Shown here: one piece after another, positions 1 through 9,121 of the stretch
Position numbering within the stretch: position 1 is the first letter of the stretch
How the letters are laid out: each line of letters opens with the position of its first letter
NCBI GenBank assembly: GCA_002897895.1
Contig: BDSY01000106.1
Coordinates: 1,922 to 65,921 of the forward strand
Source of the DNA: a bacterium BMS3Abin06
GTDB taxonomy: Bacteria; Nitrospirota; Thermodesulfovibrionia; UBA6902
Direction of reading: 5' to 3'
Length of the DNA: 64,000 nt
Notes under the pieces: generated by a model
What the model was told of the DNA's origin: nothing
Database searches by the model: none
What the model saw: the letters and a program-made list of their open reading frames with translations, nothing else
Made by a program: the position numbers and the translations under genes

Positions 1-59
1 GTAGGCTGTATAATATTCGAGGAGCTTGACGATTTCAGTCTTTTTTTTGCGTTTTTTTT

Positions 60-1349
60 TCACAAAACCTCAACAATCACTGATGATGATTGCCCGCCCA
101 CTCCATAGCTTACTGACAGAAAATGGTTTTTTGCACAACTCAGGGGAGATGCGGATATTTTTAAGCCGGAAAATTCTTTTTCAGTTGCCTGGAAATTTAA
201 TGTGGCGGGGACAGTCCCTTCTGCCACGGAATTAATACCCAGAATAACTTCTGCAATGTCACTCGCTGCTCCCATGTGCCCGGTATAAGGCTTTAGTCCG
301 CACAATGGCACGTCTGCTTTTTTATCACTGAGGACATCCATAAGCGACCATAACTCTGATCTGTCGCCTTTACGGGTACCGCTGCCGTGCGGAATGATAA
401 GAGCGAGATCGTCTATTGTACACGCTGTTTCCTCTATCACTGAAAGCATATTGCGCTTGCTGACTTTTGAGGGGACACTGAACGTATGATTTGAGGAAAA
501 CTCGATACAGTTTTCTACACCTTTTATTTTAGCAAGAACATTTGCGCCCCTTTTTTCTGCTATGTCGGCGGCTTCAAGAAAAATTGCGGAACCGCCCTCA
601 CCGGGAATAAATCCGTCTCTGTTTTTATCAAACGGTTTATAGGATTGAATGCCCTGTTTGCATTTTGAAAGTATTCCCAGGCCTTCAAGTTCATACAGGG
701 GGATTTCGGTTATCCAGTTGCCGTAGCCTACGGCTAATGCAACATCAGCTTTGTTTTGCTTAATGCTTCTGTATGCCATCTCCAGTGCGTTACCACCGTT
801 TGGTGAAAGAGTTGCCAGGCTGGTATTCGGCCCCATAAATTCTATGAAAGCCGAAAGAAAACTGAACAGATTATTATTTAATGACTCCAGCAGGAAAAAA
901 GGGTTAACCTTGTTTAATGCAGAGCTGTTAAGTTTTTCGTAATTTATTGACTCCCAATTTTTGTCGGTGCTCTCCTTTATGGCCGGATACATGAAATCAT
1001 AACCGAGCTTTGTGAAATCACCTGCTGCAACGTACAGGGCTCTCCGCCCCGGAGGAATATCTGCTATAATATCACGGGATTGAGAAACAGCTTCAGAGGC
1101 AGAGCAGAATCCAAGAATGGCGCCGCGATTCAGGAATTTCATCTGCCCCATCTGTTTTGGAGGGATGTCCGGCGGCAGATCATATTCAGCTACTTTGCCC
1201 GTATATTGAAGTACCTCAGGGAGGTTGTCTTTCGGATCACGGACTATGCCGGTCTTCATTGCTTTGACATTGCTCCAGCATTCCTCTGTATTTTTGCCGA
1301 TAGGAGTAGTAAGCCCGGTCCCTGTTATAACAATTTCCCGTTCATGCAT
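60..1349 (-). CDS. beta-ketoacyl-ACP synthase family protein (KAS I/II-like). The predicted active-site Cys is replaced by Ser.
   Basis: 429-aa ORF. N-terminus MHEREIVITGTGLTTPIG is typical of KAS. Conserved His motifs IIPHGSGT and GHMGAAS are present. The position equivalent to the FabF TACA(S) Cys reads ATLSPNGG. Confidence 0.8.
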   Translation of the reverse strand: MHEREIVITGTGLTTPIGKNTEECWSNVKAMKTGIVRDPKDNLPEVLQYTGKVAEYDLPPDIPPKQMGQMKFLNRGAILGFCSASEAVSQSRDIIADIPPGRRALYVAAGDFTKLGYDFMYPAIKESTDKNWESINYEKLNSSALNKVNPFFLLESLNNNLFSFLSAFIEFMGPNTSLATLSPNGGNALEMAYRSIKQNKADVALAVGYGNWITEIPLYELEGLGILSKCKQGIQSYKPFDKNRDGFIPGEGGSAIFLEAADIAEKRGANVLAKIKGVENCIEFSSNHTFSVPSKVSKRNMLSVIEETACTIDDLALIIPHGSGTRKGDRSELWSLMDVLSDKKADVPLCGLKPYTGHMGAASDIAEVILGINSVAEGTVPATLNFQATEKEFSGLKISASPLSCAKNHFLSVSYGVGGQSSSVIVEVL

Positions 1350-1353
1350 ACTG

Positions 1354-1803
1354 TTACCTCAACTCCCTGGTCAAAACCTTAAAGAACTTTTTCTGCTCTT
1401 CCACATCTTCAATATCTTCAAGCAATATGATTTCGCCTTCAAATTCTGCTGAGATCTTCTTTTTTCCTTTTACAAATCCGGTTCCTCTGTATACCTTTTT
1501 ATTCTGATCTCCTTCTGATACAAACTCAACTTCCAGTTCAACCTGGTCACCCGGAAATGCAAACCCGTAAAAAGCGGATTTCCCGACATTGCTGATCAGG
1601 AACCAGTTTTTAAAATCAGTTGATGCAGCTTCCAGCCAGCCTGTGAGCTGAGTTAATGCCTCCAACAGCATAACCCCGGGCATGATGGGATTTTTGGGGA
1701 AATGGAATTCGAGAAAATCTTCGCTCATTGCAACATTTTTAATGCCCTTGATTAACTCGCCGGGTTTATATTCTGTAATATGATCGATTAGCAGGTAACG
1801 CAT
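1354..1803 (-). CDS. FabZ/FabA-like 3-hydroxyacyl-ACP dehydratase (hot-dog fold)
   Basis: 149 aa. Lies 5 bp upstream of the KS gene. The ...HFPKNPIMPGVMLLEALTQ... motif is typical of FabZ-type dehydratases. Confidence 0.75.
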   Translation of the reverse strand: MRYLLIDHITEYKPGELIKGIKNVAMSEDFLEFHFPKNPIMPGVMLLEALTQLTGWLEAASTDFKNWFLISNVGKSAFYGFAFPGDQVELEVEFVSEGDQNKKVYRGTGFVKGKKKISAEFEGEIILLEDIEDVEEQKKFFKVLTRELR

Positions 1804-1838
1804 CGTATCGTTAATTCTCCTCTTTTATTTAAAGTTCT

Positions 1839-1964
1839 CAGGGAACAGTTGTCAGGGTGCAGGGTGCAGAAAAAAATATACATGGCTGACAGTAATACTG
1901 GCCGGTTCTTTTCCACACATCTAAATCTTCAAATTTCATCCTGCCCCCTGACAACTGCCCCCTG
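1839..1964. repeat. MITE/REP-like element. Terminal inverted repeats CAGGGTGCAGTTGTCAGGGTGCAG flank a ~90-nt core (copy 1 of 3).
   Basis: Left arm cagggaacagttgtcagggtgcagggtgcag. Right arm ctgccccctgacaactgccccctg. Homologous copies lie at 11573-11719 and 35859-35953. Sits between acpS and the dehydratase gene. Confidence 0.7.
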
Positions 1965-2001
1965 TTGTTACTAAATCACTTTGTGTGTCAAGAGTCTAAT
2001 A

Positions 2002-2400
2002 TTATACAGTATCCCGCCCGGTCAGTATTACCGTTGCAACTGCATGGTTTTCTGAATGAGAGATAGAAACGGTAAACTGATTTATACCCTTTTTCCCGCT
2101 TATTTTCTTTGCCCATCCGCTGAAAGAGAGCACGGGCTTTCCGGATGCTCCGGGTATGATCTCTATTTCTTTAAACATCCGGTCAATGCCTGTGCCGGAC
2201 ATTCCTGTGCCAAGCGCTTTAAGGCTTGCCTCTTTTGCCGCAAAACGGCCTGCAAAGTGTATGTAAGGGTCTTTTTTTGAGAGGCAGTATTCCCTCTCTT
2301 TTTCTGAAAAGATGTCAGAGACAAAGCTATCATTATTGAGAAATACTTTTTTGAATTTCGATATTTCTACAATGTCAACGCCCTGAAAGATCCGCATCAC
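2002..2400 (-). CDS. acpS: holo-ACP synthase (AcpS-type 4'-phosphopantetheinyl transferase)
   Basis: 132 aa. MRIFQGVDIVEISKF...FAAKEA motif as in AcpS. Overlaps fabG by 4 bp. Confidence 0.8.
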   Translation of the reverse strand: MMRIFQGVDIVEISKFKKVFLNNDSFVSDIFSEKEREYCLSKKDPYIHFAGRFAAKEASLKALGTGMSGTGIDRMFKEIEIIPGASGKPVLSFSGWAKKISGKKGINQFTVSISHSENHAVATVILTGRDTV

Positions 2401-3149
2401 GATATACTCATTCCTCCGTCAACAGATATTGCCTGGCCAGTAATGTAGTCTGCGTTATCAGAGGCAAGGAATACTACAACGTTTGCTATATCAGAGGGGT
2501 TACCATATCTGTTAGCAGGAATTCTTTCAAGTATCCTGTCTCCCGCCCGTTTTATGGCGCGACTGCTCATATCGGTTGCAATCATCCCCGGCAACACTGC
2601 ATTTATCCGGATGCCTTTGCCTGCCAGCTCAACTGCACATGCCCTGGTGAAAGAGATGAGCCCGCCTTTTGCAGATGCATAGTTGGTTTGCCCGCGAACA
2701 GCCTTTATGGCAACTATAGATGATATATTAATTATCTTTCCTGAATGATTGGCCATCATCATTTCAGCTGCATGCTGTGTGCATAGAAATGCCCCTCTCA
2801 AGTTTGTGTCAAGCACCTTGTCCCAGTCTGAAAGCTTCATTGCTATCAGTAAATTGTCTTTAATGATTCCTGCGTTGTTAACAAGAATGTCTAATTTATT
2901 ATATTTATCCATTATAAATGCGAAGAGCGCTTTAACTTCATCCGGATTTGAGACATCCGTCTGAAATACGTCCGCTTCATTACCGGCACTCAGGATTGCT
3001 TCTTTGACTTCGCCGGCCTTCTCTTTTGACTTGTTGTAATTGATAATCACCTTTGCTCCTGCTTTTGCAAGCTGAATGCCTGTTTCACGTCCAATGCCCC
3101 TGGATGCGCCGGTAACAAGGGCGACTTTGCCCGATAAATCAATTTTCAT
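2397..3149 (-). CDS. fabG: 3-oxoacyl-ACP reductase (FabG-like SDR)
   Basis: 250 aa. GKVALVTGASRGIGRE Rossmann motif. NAG and YxxxK SDR motifs. Overlaps the KS gene upstream by 4 bp. Confidence 0.85.
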   Translation of the reverse strand: MKIDLSGKVALVTGASRGIGRETGIQLAKAGAKVIINYNKSKEKAGEVKEAILSAGNEADVFQTDVSNPDEVKALFAFIMDKYNKLDILVNNAGIIKDNLLIAMKLSDWDKVLDTNLRGAFLCTQHAAEMMMANHSGKIINISSIVAIKAVRGQTNYASAKGGLISFTRACAVELAGKGIRINAVLPGMIATDMSSRAIKRAGDRILERIPANRYGNPSDIANVVVFLASDNADYITGQAISVDGGMSIS

Positions 3150-4456
3150 ATTTTGACCTCATCTTGAATCCCTGATTTAACATATTTTTTCACTACAATA
3201 GATGCATTCTGTCCGCCGAAACCGAATGAGTTTGAAATAGCTGCACGCACGGTTCCGGTTTTCTTCACATTCGGGACATAATCCAGATCACATTTCGGGT
3301 CAGGATTTTTCAGGTTAATAGTCGGGTGGATTTCATCCCTGTTCACACTTAATACAGTAAATACAAATTCAGGTCCACCGGAAGCTGCTATCAAATGCCC
3401 GATGATTGACTTGCTTGAGTTTATAGAAATATTGCAGGCGTTCTCTTTAAAAACTTTTTTAATTGCAAGTGTTTCTGCCGGGTCATTGAGTTTGGTGCTT
3501 GTGCCGTGGGCATTAATGTAATCTATCTCATCAACGCCCATATCCGCATCACTCAATGCCTTTATCATTGAGTGTTCTGCACCGCTACCCTGAGGATGGG
3601 GCGTCGTAACTTTATATGCGTCCATTGTTGAGCCGTATCCTGCAACTTCCGCATATACCTTTGCCCCCCTTTTGACTGCGTGGGATTCTTCTTCCAGAAT
3701 TGCTACACCGGCTCCTTCTCCCATGACAAGCCCTGATCGTTTCCTGTCAAAAGGCCTGCAAACTTCTGCCGGGTTTTCAGATGAGACAGAGGCAGCGCCG
3801 AGGAGGACAAAAAAGACAAGGCCGACCGGGTTTATCATGGAGTCGGCGCCGCCGGCAACCATCATATCCGCATCACCCCTGCTGATCGCCCTGTAAGCTG
3901 TTCCGATAGCCTGAGTGGCTGAAGCGCATGCAGTGGTTATGGTTGAATTATATCCGTTTAAGCCGAACCTCTTCGCAATCAGGGCCGCAGGCCTGTTTGA
4001 ATTATTTTTCATGAGAGATTCCCTGTGCACATTCTTATATTCTTTGCCGAATTTCAGGTAATCGAATTTACCATCTTTATTTGTCCAGCGTTGAATGTCT
4101 TCAAGCCTGTTTATTCCAAGACCTGCTGCCAGGGTAACGCCAAAACTGTCCCTGCAGCCGTCAAAATTTCCAAACCCTGCATCTTTCAGTGCGGATTGTG
4201 CAGCCCAGAGGGCAAAAAGCGTTCTCCTTTCACCTTCTTTTGCCGCATCATATTTGAATTCATTCTGTATTTTATCCCAGTCCTCTCCGGTCACTTGACC
4301 GACTGCCTGTACCGGTGATTTATCAGCACCCGGAAGCGCAAGTTTCGTGATGCCGGATATTCCGTCAAGCGCCTCTTGCCAGTTTTCCTCAACATCCAGG
4401 CCGAGCGAAGTTGCCAGTCCGAGCCCTGTAACAACAACTCTGCGCCTGCTAATCAT
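3146..4456 (-). CDS. beta-ketoacyl-ACP synthase I/II (canonical Cys-His-His)
   Basis: 436 aa. TTACASATQAIG active-site Cys motif. HGTST and GHLIAASG His motifs. Confidence 0.85.
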   Translation of the reverse strand: MISRRRVVVTGLGLATSLGLDVEENWQEALDGISGITKLALPGADKSPVQAVGQVTGEDWDKIQNEFKYDAAKEGERRTLFALWAAQSALKDAGFGNFDGCRDSFGVTLAAGLGINRLEDIQRWTNKDGKFDYLKFGKEYKNVHRESLMKNNSNRPAALIAKRFGLNGYNSTITTACASATQAIGTAYRAISRGDADMMVAGGADSMINPVGLVFFVLLGAASVSSENPAEVCRPFDRKRSGLVMGEGAGVAILEEESHAVKRGAKVYAEVAGYGSTMDAYKVTTPHPQGSGAEHSMIKALSDADMGVDEIDYINAHGTSTKLNDPAETLAIKKVFKENACNISINSSKSIIGHLIAASGGPEFVFTVLSVNRDEIHPTINLKNPDPKCDLDYVPNVKKTGTVRAAISNSFGFGGQNASIVVKKYVKSGIQDEVKI

Positions 4457-4909
4457 TCATGCTCCGTGATTAACCCTGATCCCACTGTAATAATAGAAGA
4501 GGGCTGAAAGATCCTCTGAATTGACTTTGTGGACATGGCTGTAAATTATGCGGTTCATTGAGGCTACTGTTTCGCCGTCAACTGTAATCCATGCCTTGCC
4601 GAGTGAATCCCTCCGGGAAGTGGAGATAATCTCTCCATGTATTTCAGCCCTGAAACCGGGTCTCAGTTCAGGGGGCACAGTTACATCTTCAACAAGTGAC
4701 ATGACTGCAGAGAGTTTAAAATTATGGGAATAAATAATCAGCCACCCGAGAAGCTGCGCCATTGCTTCTATATATATGATTCCGGGAACAAGCGCCTGTT
4801 TTTTGAAGTGCTTCCTGAAAAATTCTTCCGAAAGGGTGAAGGTCTTAACGCCGGTGATGGATTTGCCTTTTTCGATATTATCTATTTTATCGTAATACAA
4901 AAATCGCAT
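4457..4909 (-). CDS. FabA/FabZ-like hot-dog dehydratase
   Basis: 150 aa. Abuts the KS gene. ...HFKKQALVPGIIYIEAMAQ... resembles a FabZ/FabA active-site region. Confidence 0.7.
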   Translation of the reverse strand: MRFLYYDKIDNIEKGKSITGVKTFTLSEEFFRKHFKKQALVPGIIYIEAMAQLLGWLIIYSHNFKLSAVMSLVEDVTVPPELRPGFRAEIHGEIISTSRRDSLGKAWITVDGETVASMNRIIYSHVHKVNSEDLSALFYYYSGIRVNHGA

Positions 4910-4921
4910 CTATATGCCCTT

Positions 4922-6196
4922 TTAATCAATTGCCTCTATTATCAAAGAAGCGCACTGTCCTTCATAACTCCTGGAATTTATCAGTATCCGTTTCGGATTT
5001 GTTTTGAGCGGCTCCCTGCTCACAAGATTAAATTCAATGCTGTCATCTTCAGGCAGAGAATTATAAATAGCCGGAATTATACCATTTTTCAGGATATAAA
5101 TTCCCAGGACAGCATCAACAGCGGGTGCCCCTGCAAGCAGATGCCCCAAAGCCCCTTTTGAAGAAAACACATTGACTTTATCAATACAGCCCCCGAAAGT
5201 CCGATGAATTGCCTCGATCTCTTCCCTGTCTCCCATGTATGTGCCGTCAGCGTGGGCAATAATCAAATCAATGTCGGCAGGCCTGAGATTTGCCCGGGCA
5301 ATTGCCTTTTCCATTGAAAGGGAAATAGCCTTTGCGGCAGGGCAATTTGATTCTTTGCCTGTTTCAAAAGAAGCGCCGTATCCTGTGACGACTGCCAGAG
5401 GAGGGACATTTCTCTTCTCAGCAGTAGACTGCAGTTCCAGGGATATGATTCCGCAGCCTTCGCCTAAAACAGTTCCGCTTCTGCCTTTACCGAATGGGCG
5501 GCATTGAGCTTCATTGTCCGAGGTATTTAATATGCCGAAACACAGTGCGCGCGCCATACTCAGCGGTGAAACCTTTTCACTTACTCCACCTGCGAGCGCG
5601 ACCCGGGCTTTTTTTTCAATAACAATATTACAGGCTTCTATGATGGAATGTATGCCTGAGTCGGCATGAGAAGAGAAAACCGTATTTTCACCTTTGATGT
5701 TGAGATCAATAGCGACCTGGCAGAAACTTATATTGTTCAGCATTGAAAGAGGCCACAGAGGATGAATTTGCCGGCAGGCATCAGAAAAAAACCTGTCATA
5801 GTCTAAATTGCCTTCCCCGTCTAATGATTTCAAAACCGAAGGAAGAATATCTTCAATATTATAGTCGACCATTCCCATCCCGGCAAAGTATCCTGTTTCA
5901 TCCGGAGAAATGGAGCTGTTGTCAAGTTTCGACTGCTTATATGCACTGCGGCTGCTTTCCATCAGCATGAAAGAGTGCTTATCCATTATCCGCAAGTCCC
6001 TCGGGTGAATGCCGGGCACTGCAGGGTCCAGGCCCTGAACCTGAGCGGCTGCCTTACACTCGAATCCTTGCACATCAAAATCATCTACAGGCCGTATACC
6101 GCATTTGCCGGAGAGCAGGGCATCCCATGTTTCCGATGCACTGAGTCCGAGTGAGCTGACTATTCCTGTTCCGGTAATTACCACTTTGTCATCCAT
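4922..6196 (-). CDS. KS-like protein lacking an active-site Cys (chain-length-factor-like)
   Basis: Start placed at the internal ATG giving MDDKVVITGTGIV, which is typical of a KAS N-terminus; the longer ORF begins with TTG. His motifs AHADGT and GHLLAG are present, but the Cys position reads FSSHADSG. Confidence 0.7.
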   Translation of the reverse strand: MDDKVVITGTGIVSSLGLSASETWDALLSGKCGIRPVDDFDVQGFECKAAAQVQGLDPAVPGIHPRDLRIMDKHSFMLMESSRSAYKQSKLDNSSISPDETGYFAGMGMVDYNIEDILPSVLKSLDGEGNLDYDRFFSDACRQIHPLWPLSMLNNISFCQVAIDLNIKGENTVFSSHADSGIHSIIEACNIVIEKKARVALAGGVSEKVSPLSMARALCFGILNTSDNEAQCRPFGKGRSGTVLGEGCGIISLELQSTAEKRNVPPLAVVTGYGASFETGKESNCPAAKAISLSMEKAIARANLRPADIDLIIAHADGTYMGDREEIEAIHRTFGGCIDKVNVFSSKGALGHLLAGAPAVDAVLGIYILKNGIIPAIYNSLPEDDSIEFNLVSREPLKTNPKRILINSRSYEGQCASLIIEAID

Positions 6197-6561
6197 GATT
6201 ACAACATGATACAGGATGCATGATATACGATGCAATATGCAGCTCTCTTGCTGATACCGGCATCTCAAAAAACCATATGAACAGAGAAAATGCAATTTTA
6301 AAGCCTACCTGTCATTTTTGACAGGTGACATTTGAGAAATAAATCTGGTAATAATATATCACAAGCTATAACTACAGATAAACATATCCGAAATCCTGCA
6401 TTTATTTAACTGCAGAACCTATATTAGAGACAACGGCGGGGGGCCCCAACCAATATATGCTTGTTAGAGACAGGCTGAGTTGGGGCTTAACCTTTCTTAT
6501 AGAGTAAATGCCCATACCATTGCTGTAAAGCAAAGACAAAAAGGATAACAGAAAAATAAAT

Positions 6562-6798
6562 ATGGAATTTAAAATTAAAGCAGATATCCTGAATGAAACA
6601 GATAAGTGCAGAGAAAACCATTCCTGTTTAAACGGGGACAAAGACTGTCTCTGTGAGGTTGAAGACAGCTTCAGTAATAAAATAGTTTTCATTAAACCGG
6701 TTAACAATGCCGCTTGTGATTACAGGATGTCCTTTGGATATTCTTTTGTATGTAATTGTCCGACAAGGAAGGAGATTTTTAATCTCTATAAAAAGTAA
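6562..6798 (+). CDS. small Cys-rich hypothetical protein (78 aa, 7 Cys)
   Basis: ORF lies immediately upstream of the NarL-type regulator. Cys spacing C-x6-C-x-C...C...C-x-C. Paralogous to the ORF at 39645-39863. Confidence 0.35.
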   Translation: MEFKIKADILNETDKCRENHSCLNGDKDCLCEVEDSFSNKIVFIKPVNNAACDYRMSFGYSFVCNCPTRKEIFNLYKK

Positions 6799-6814
6799 TG
6801 AGCCCGGGACCGTC

Positions 6815-7471
6815 ATGTTAAAGCACAAGGTTTTTATAGTAGATGACCATCCTGTAATGTGTGAGGGGCTTTCACAGCTTATTAATAACGAAACAGACCT
6901 CACTGTTTGCGGGGATGCCCCCGATATCTCAAATGCATTGCAATCAATTCCCGAATGCAGGCCTGACGCAGCAATAGTTGATATTTCTCTCCGGAAAGGC
7001 AGCGGCATCCGGCTCATAGAAGAGCTCTCGATCAGCAACAGGAATTTGCCGGTTCTGGTTCTCTCCATGCACGAGGAATCCATTTATGCAGAACGATGCC
7101 TGAAGGCAGGGGCCAAAGGCTATATTATGAAACAGCAGTCTCCCGGGGAAGTGATATCGGCATTAAGAAAGATTCTGGACGGGGAAATATACGTTAGTGA
7201 AAATCTGAGATCAACTCTCTTTAATAAATTAATTACCAAACGATTTAAAGCGGATACTTCCCCGGTTGACAGACTCAGCAACCGCGAGCTTGAAGTCTTT
7301 CAGCTCATTGGGCAGGGCTTGCAAACGCGACAGGTTGCAGGAGAACTAAACCTCAGTGTCAAAACCATTGAAACCTATATAGAACATATAAAGCAAAAAA
7401 TGAACTTCAAGAGTCTCCATGAGCTTATCATACACGCCATTCGCTGGTTAACAGCCGGGAAGATACTCTAA
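6815..7471 (+). CDS. NarL/FixJ-family response regulator (REC + LuxR HTH)
   Basis: Start at MLKHKVFIVDDHPV, matching the N-terminus of the paralog at 9118. The LSNRELEVFQLIGQGL motif marks the LuxR-type HTH. Confidence 0.85.
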   Translation: MLKHKVFIVDDHPVMCEGLSQLINNETDLTVCGDAPDISNALQSIPECRPDAAIVDISLRKGSGIRLIEELSISNRNLPVLVLSMHEESIYAERCLKAGAKGYIMKQQSPGEVISALRKILDGEIYVSENLRSTLFNKLITKRFKADTSPVDRLSNRELEVFQLIGQGLQTRQVAGELNLSVKTIETYIEHIKQKMNFKSLHELIIHAIRWLTAGKIL

Positions 7472-7790
7472 TTGCAAGCCGCTGAATCTCCCTGCAAGAA
7501 CATTACTGCTTCTTATTCGCCCTGAAAACTTTGCCATTGATTAATCTCAGTGGTTAATTTAGAATCAGAGTCAATAAAAAAATCTGATATAATTTAGTAT
7601 GTGTATAAATAACACAGATGCTCAAAAGCATGTCATTCCCGCAAGCGAAGCGCGTCGGGAATGCTTTGTAAAGAAACGATTCCGGACAAGCCGGAATGAC
7701 AGGAAAACGACAAGTGTTTGAGTTTATACACAAACTCTGATTACAGTAATGAGAGAAATCGTTTAAGACTCGATTCTACGAGAGGAGATA

Positions 7791-8912
7791 ATGAAAGACC
7801 GATTGCAGCTTGAAGAGCTGTTACAAAGAAAAGGCGCAGAATTATCTGCTGCCAATGCCCGGCTCCAACAGGAAATTATCGACCGCATAGAAACTGAGAT
7901 AAAGCTGAGACAGGAAATTCACCTGAACAAGACTCTATTGAATAATATGCCCTGTGTGGCCATTCTCCTAAGGCCGGGCACGCGGGAGATTGTTGCGGCA
8001 AATGAGATGGCAATCAAGGCCGGCGCTGTTCCGGGCAAGCAGTGTTTTGCAACCCTCGGACAGCAAAAGTACCCGTGTCCCTGGTGTCTTGCTTCAAGGC
8101 TATGGGATGCCGGAAAAGTGCAGCGTCTGGAAGTGGAGGTGTCGGGTGTTGTATGGGATGTTCACTGGCTTCCCGTGTCGGATGATCTGTATATGCGCTA
8201 TGCTTCCGACATCACTGAGCGTAAAAAACTGGAAAAATCACTTATAGAGACCGAGGAACGGGAACGTCGCCGCATTGGACAGGACCTGCATGACGGACTG
8301 GGCCAGCTGCTTACCGGCATTTCATTTAAAACAAGCGGCCTGGTACGCAAATTAGAAAATAGCTGCCTGGAAGGGGCCGAAGATGCAACAGAGATTTCCA
8401 TCCTTGTAGATAAGGCAAAAAAAGAGGTTAGCCGTATGTCAAAGGGCCTTTTGCCTGTAGAAACGGATAAGGAAGGTCTTATGGCAGCCCTCGAGGAGCT
8501 TGCCGACCATACTAAAAAAATGTTTGGAATACCATGTGTTTTTAAATGCGATAAACCTGTTACTGTACGTAATAAAACAGCTGTTGCACAATTATACCGT
8601 ATTGCGCAGGAAGCGGTTACTAATGCTGTTAAACACGGCAAACCCAGGAAGGTCGAAATTTTTCTTACTGAGGAACACGGTAATATCTCACTGATAATAA
8701 AAGATGATGGAACAGGCATCCCGGAGATATCCCGGCATACTGGTGGTATGGGGCTGAAAATTATGAACTACCGGGCCGGCATAATCAATGCATCATTTGA
8801 TATCCGGCGGGATATCAGGGGAGGAACAATAGTAACATGTATTCTTCCGGACAAGCCGGGGGAAAAAATATATCCAAAAATTCAGATGTCTCGTAAGAGC
8901 TCCGGTACATAG
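7791..8912 (+). CDS. sensor histidine kinase (Cys-containing PAS + HisKA_3 + HATPase), NarX/DegS-like
   Basis: H-box ERERRRIGQDLHDGLGQ (HisKA_3). N/G boxes VTNAVKHG, DDGTGI, GGMGLKIM. PAS region contains C...CPWC. Confidence 0.85.
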   Translation: MKDRLQLEELLQRKGAELSAANARLQQEIIDRIETEIKLRQEIHLNKTLLNNMPCVAILLRPGTREIVAANEMAIKAGAVPGKQCFATLGQQKYPCPWCLASRLWDAGKVQRLEVEVSGVVWDVHWLPVSDDLYMRYASDITERKKLEKSLIETEERERRRIGQDLHDGLGQLLTGISFKTSGLVRKLENSCLEGAEDATEISILVDKAKKEVSRMSKGLLPVETDKEGLMAALEELADHTKKMFGIPCVFKCDKPVTVRNKTAVAQLYRIAQEAVTNAVKHGKPRKVEIFLTEEHGNISLIIKDDGTGIPEISRHTGGMGLKIMNYRAGIINASFDIRRDIRGGTIVTCILPDKPGEKIYPKIQMSRKSSGT

Positions 8913-9046
8913 AGTGCAAAACTGTTCTGCCTGGCCCGGTAACTTCAGTATTTTTTTGTGATAATATTAAAATACAGAATATAGTAATAGTTCACCTATA
9001 GGAAAATGTTTAATAGGAATTCAGAATTCAGGAGACAGGAGTCAGA

Positions 9047-9121
9047 ATGAAAAGATTAAAATCAAAATTATTAGAGGCATATTCCATTCTGGCTTCTGGC
9101 TTCTTCAAGGGTACCTTATGA
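9047..9121 (+). CDS. possible 24-aa upstream ORF (MKRLKSKLLEAYSILASGFFKGTL)
   Basis: Good RBS (caggagacaggag) 7 nt upstream. Stop overlaps the regulator's ATG in an ATGA arrangement. Too short for the ORF track. Confidence 0.2.
   Translation: MKRLKSKLLEAYSILASGFFKGTL

Noticed and set aside
26-235. 69-aa + strand ORF at the window start
   Set aside because: Overlaps the 3' end of the KS gene on the opposite strand. It has low-complexity F-rich translation and no RBS.
6293-6295. Longer N-terminal extension of the third KS gene (TTG start at 6295)
   Set aside because: TTG start with no RBS. The extension (MHFLCSYGFLRCRYQQESC...) has no counterpart in KS proteins, whereas the internal ATG at 6196 gives the canonical MDDKVVITGTG N-terminus.
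7791-8912. c-type heme binding (CXXCH) in the Cys-containing PAS domains of kinases 7791 and 26004
   Set aside because: The motifs are CPWCL and AHC. Neither fits CXXCH, and the domains are cytoplasmic.
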